Shown in pieces: positions 62,431 to 64,000 of a DNA stretch of 64,000 nt. The notes beneath the pieces were generated by a model. It had not been told where the DNA came from. It made no database searches and saw only the letters and a list, made by a program, of their open reading frames with translations. The position numbers and the translations under genes were made by a program. The DNA lies in assembly GCF_006345805.1 (NCBI RefSeq), contig NC_043013.1:58962001-59026000 (forward strand), given 5' to 3'. Origin of the DNA: Octopus sinensis. Its lineage: Eukaryota. Every line of letters begins with the position of its first letter. Within the stretch, counting starts at the first letter, position 1.

Positions 62431-63125
62431 TTAGATAAAATTTAGATATGTCTCGACCAAAGATTGGTCCAGGCCATGTCTAACTTAATGGCACCACCTG
62501 ATAGGATTATCTAAATCTTTTTTAAGTCAAGTTTTGTTTATGGTCCATTCAAGTAGTGAGTTCTTGTTGAGTGAGTTGCATCCAGGTATGGGTGGCTTGT
62601 CTGGTATTCCTTGAAGAAATCTGTTCAGACTTCGTTTAAAGGTGATGGGATCTTTTTCCTCTCTGATCTCTTTCGGGACAATGTTAAACAGGGCAAAGCC
62701 TGTTGAGGAAAAGGAATTATGTTGCAGTGTACCTATATTTTGTGATCCTGAATTGGGCAGGGGACTATGGCCCGTGGTCCCAGCCTTGGATGAACCTTGA
62801 AACTAATGTTCAGGTCGTTTGGGCAATGCTGGTGGTATATTCTCCACATCGTACAAATGATGTACTGCTCGCGGCGGTGCAGGAGAGAGTAGAGTTTCAA
62901 GGCTTTGAGGTGGTCCCAGTAATCGAGATCAGTCATGCCTTCAATTCGTTTATTGAGTGTCTTCTGGAGTGATTCAATCCTCGAGATGTTTTGTTTTATA
63001 TGGGGAGACCACAAGAGGCAGCGGTATTCGAGGTGTGGCCGTACAAAGGAGGAGAAAAGTGGAATGATGACACCTTGTTCTCTGGACCGGAAGGTTCTTA
63101 TATATTTGTTCGTTTCACATATTTC
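62426..63125 (-). mobile_element. CR1/L2-type LINE 3' fragment
   Basis: FVRPHLEYRCLLWSPH...YWDHLKALKLYSLLHRRE...GFALFNIVPKEIR...FLQGIPDKPP. Confidence 0.9.
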
Positions 63126-64000
63126 TATCACATGCAGTTTCATAGAATTATATAGAACTAATATACAGTTCAAAAATTAAAAAAAAAATTTATGGAGAAA
63201 AAAAGGCGAGGGCAAAGTAGCGGAAAACAGAGAGGGATATTATCCTGGGAATAAAAAAGAACATATATAAACCTAAACCGGAGGGCGATCAGAAATTCCT
63301 TCAAATTCTACCCACCCTTCCAATCTCCCAATGTAATCAAGATAAACATACTCTATGTACCGAAACATATCTCTCGAGGAATTCATTAAAAGATATATAC
63401 ATTTGACAAAGTTTGATTGGTAGAGGGAATGATCTTCCAAAAGAAAATTGTTTTTTCAATTTTTTCTTACATAATCGTAATTTACACCATCCAAAAATAC
63501 ATCTGAAAAAGTTCATTGAAAAAGCGTGCATTTTTATGAAAGTCATGAGCAAGATCTAGAAATGGGGAAATCATACGAAACTTTCTTCACCCCAACCCCG
63601 ATATTTTTGCAACTTATTCTGGCATAATTATAATCTGCACAACCTAAAATGCATCTCTGAAAAATTTCATTAAAAAATATGCATTTTAAAGTAAGTTATG
63701 ATGAACCAAAGTTAGAGGAGGGGCTCACTTCCTTAGTTATAGCCAACGGTGTCCCACACTGTAACATCACAGCAAACACTGTAATGACAACACATTAATA
63801 CAGTTTGTAATTTAACAGCTAAGCTAAAGGCCAAATTATGTCGGCGAGAGCCAGCAACTCCCAGTCTCCTTTGCTGTGCACCATCGTATTTGCTGCAATG
63901 GAAATGCGTCATTCTTTTTTTACTATTAACAAGTGAATGTTAACGAGACATCTTAGAATACTTTCCTTGACTGCTCCATTCTCTATCTTTCTTTTAGAAT

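Noticed and set aside
59705-64000. Upstream coding exon(s) and start codon of the SLC7A9-like gene
   Set aside because: No minus-strand segment encoding the expected L..G....VG..IG with a phase-1 donor was found; presumed beyond the window.

Overview
Eukaryotic, AT-rich, microsatellite-laden genomic DNA. The SINE families present point to an octopod cephalopod (Octopus sp.; inference). A 100-N gap at 21383-21482 splits the window in two. LEFT (1-21382) is a gene-free satellite domain. It holds an ~850-bp tandem unit, a 15-bp satellite (AGGGGCAGGTAATTC) with an emerging ~119-bp higher-order repeat, repeated strand flips and ~130-bp interspersed modules. It also holds a chimeric LINE fragment and a 141-bp AT-rich satellite whose monomers each carry a 27-bp inverted repeat, organised with a 15-mer cassette into an ~2.92-kb unit. 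RIGHT (21483-64000) holds 11 coding exons of a minus-strand SLC7 L-type amino-acid transporter light chain (SLC7A9/b(0,+)AT-like). All have GT-AG sites and join in frame (1349 nt including the stop codon). The 5' exon(s) lie outside the window. The introns carry tRNA-derived SINEs, CR1/RTE/CRE-like LINE fragments and mariner, hAT, piggyBac and Merlin-like non-autonomous elements. The most notable observation is at least four intronic inverted-repeat elements, one a 1.76-kb palindrome, carrying type I hammerhead-ribozyme (HHR) motifs near their outer ends, plus one stand-alone hammerhead. Several motifs are in the sense orientation of the host pre-mRNA. Folds were checked by eye only; cleavage activity is untested and the 10.1-11.1 pair is non-canonical in most copies.
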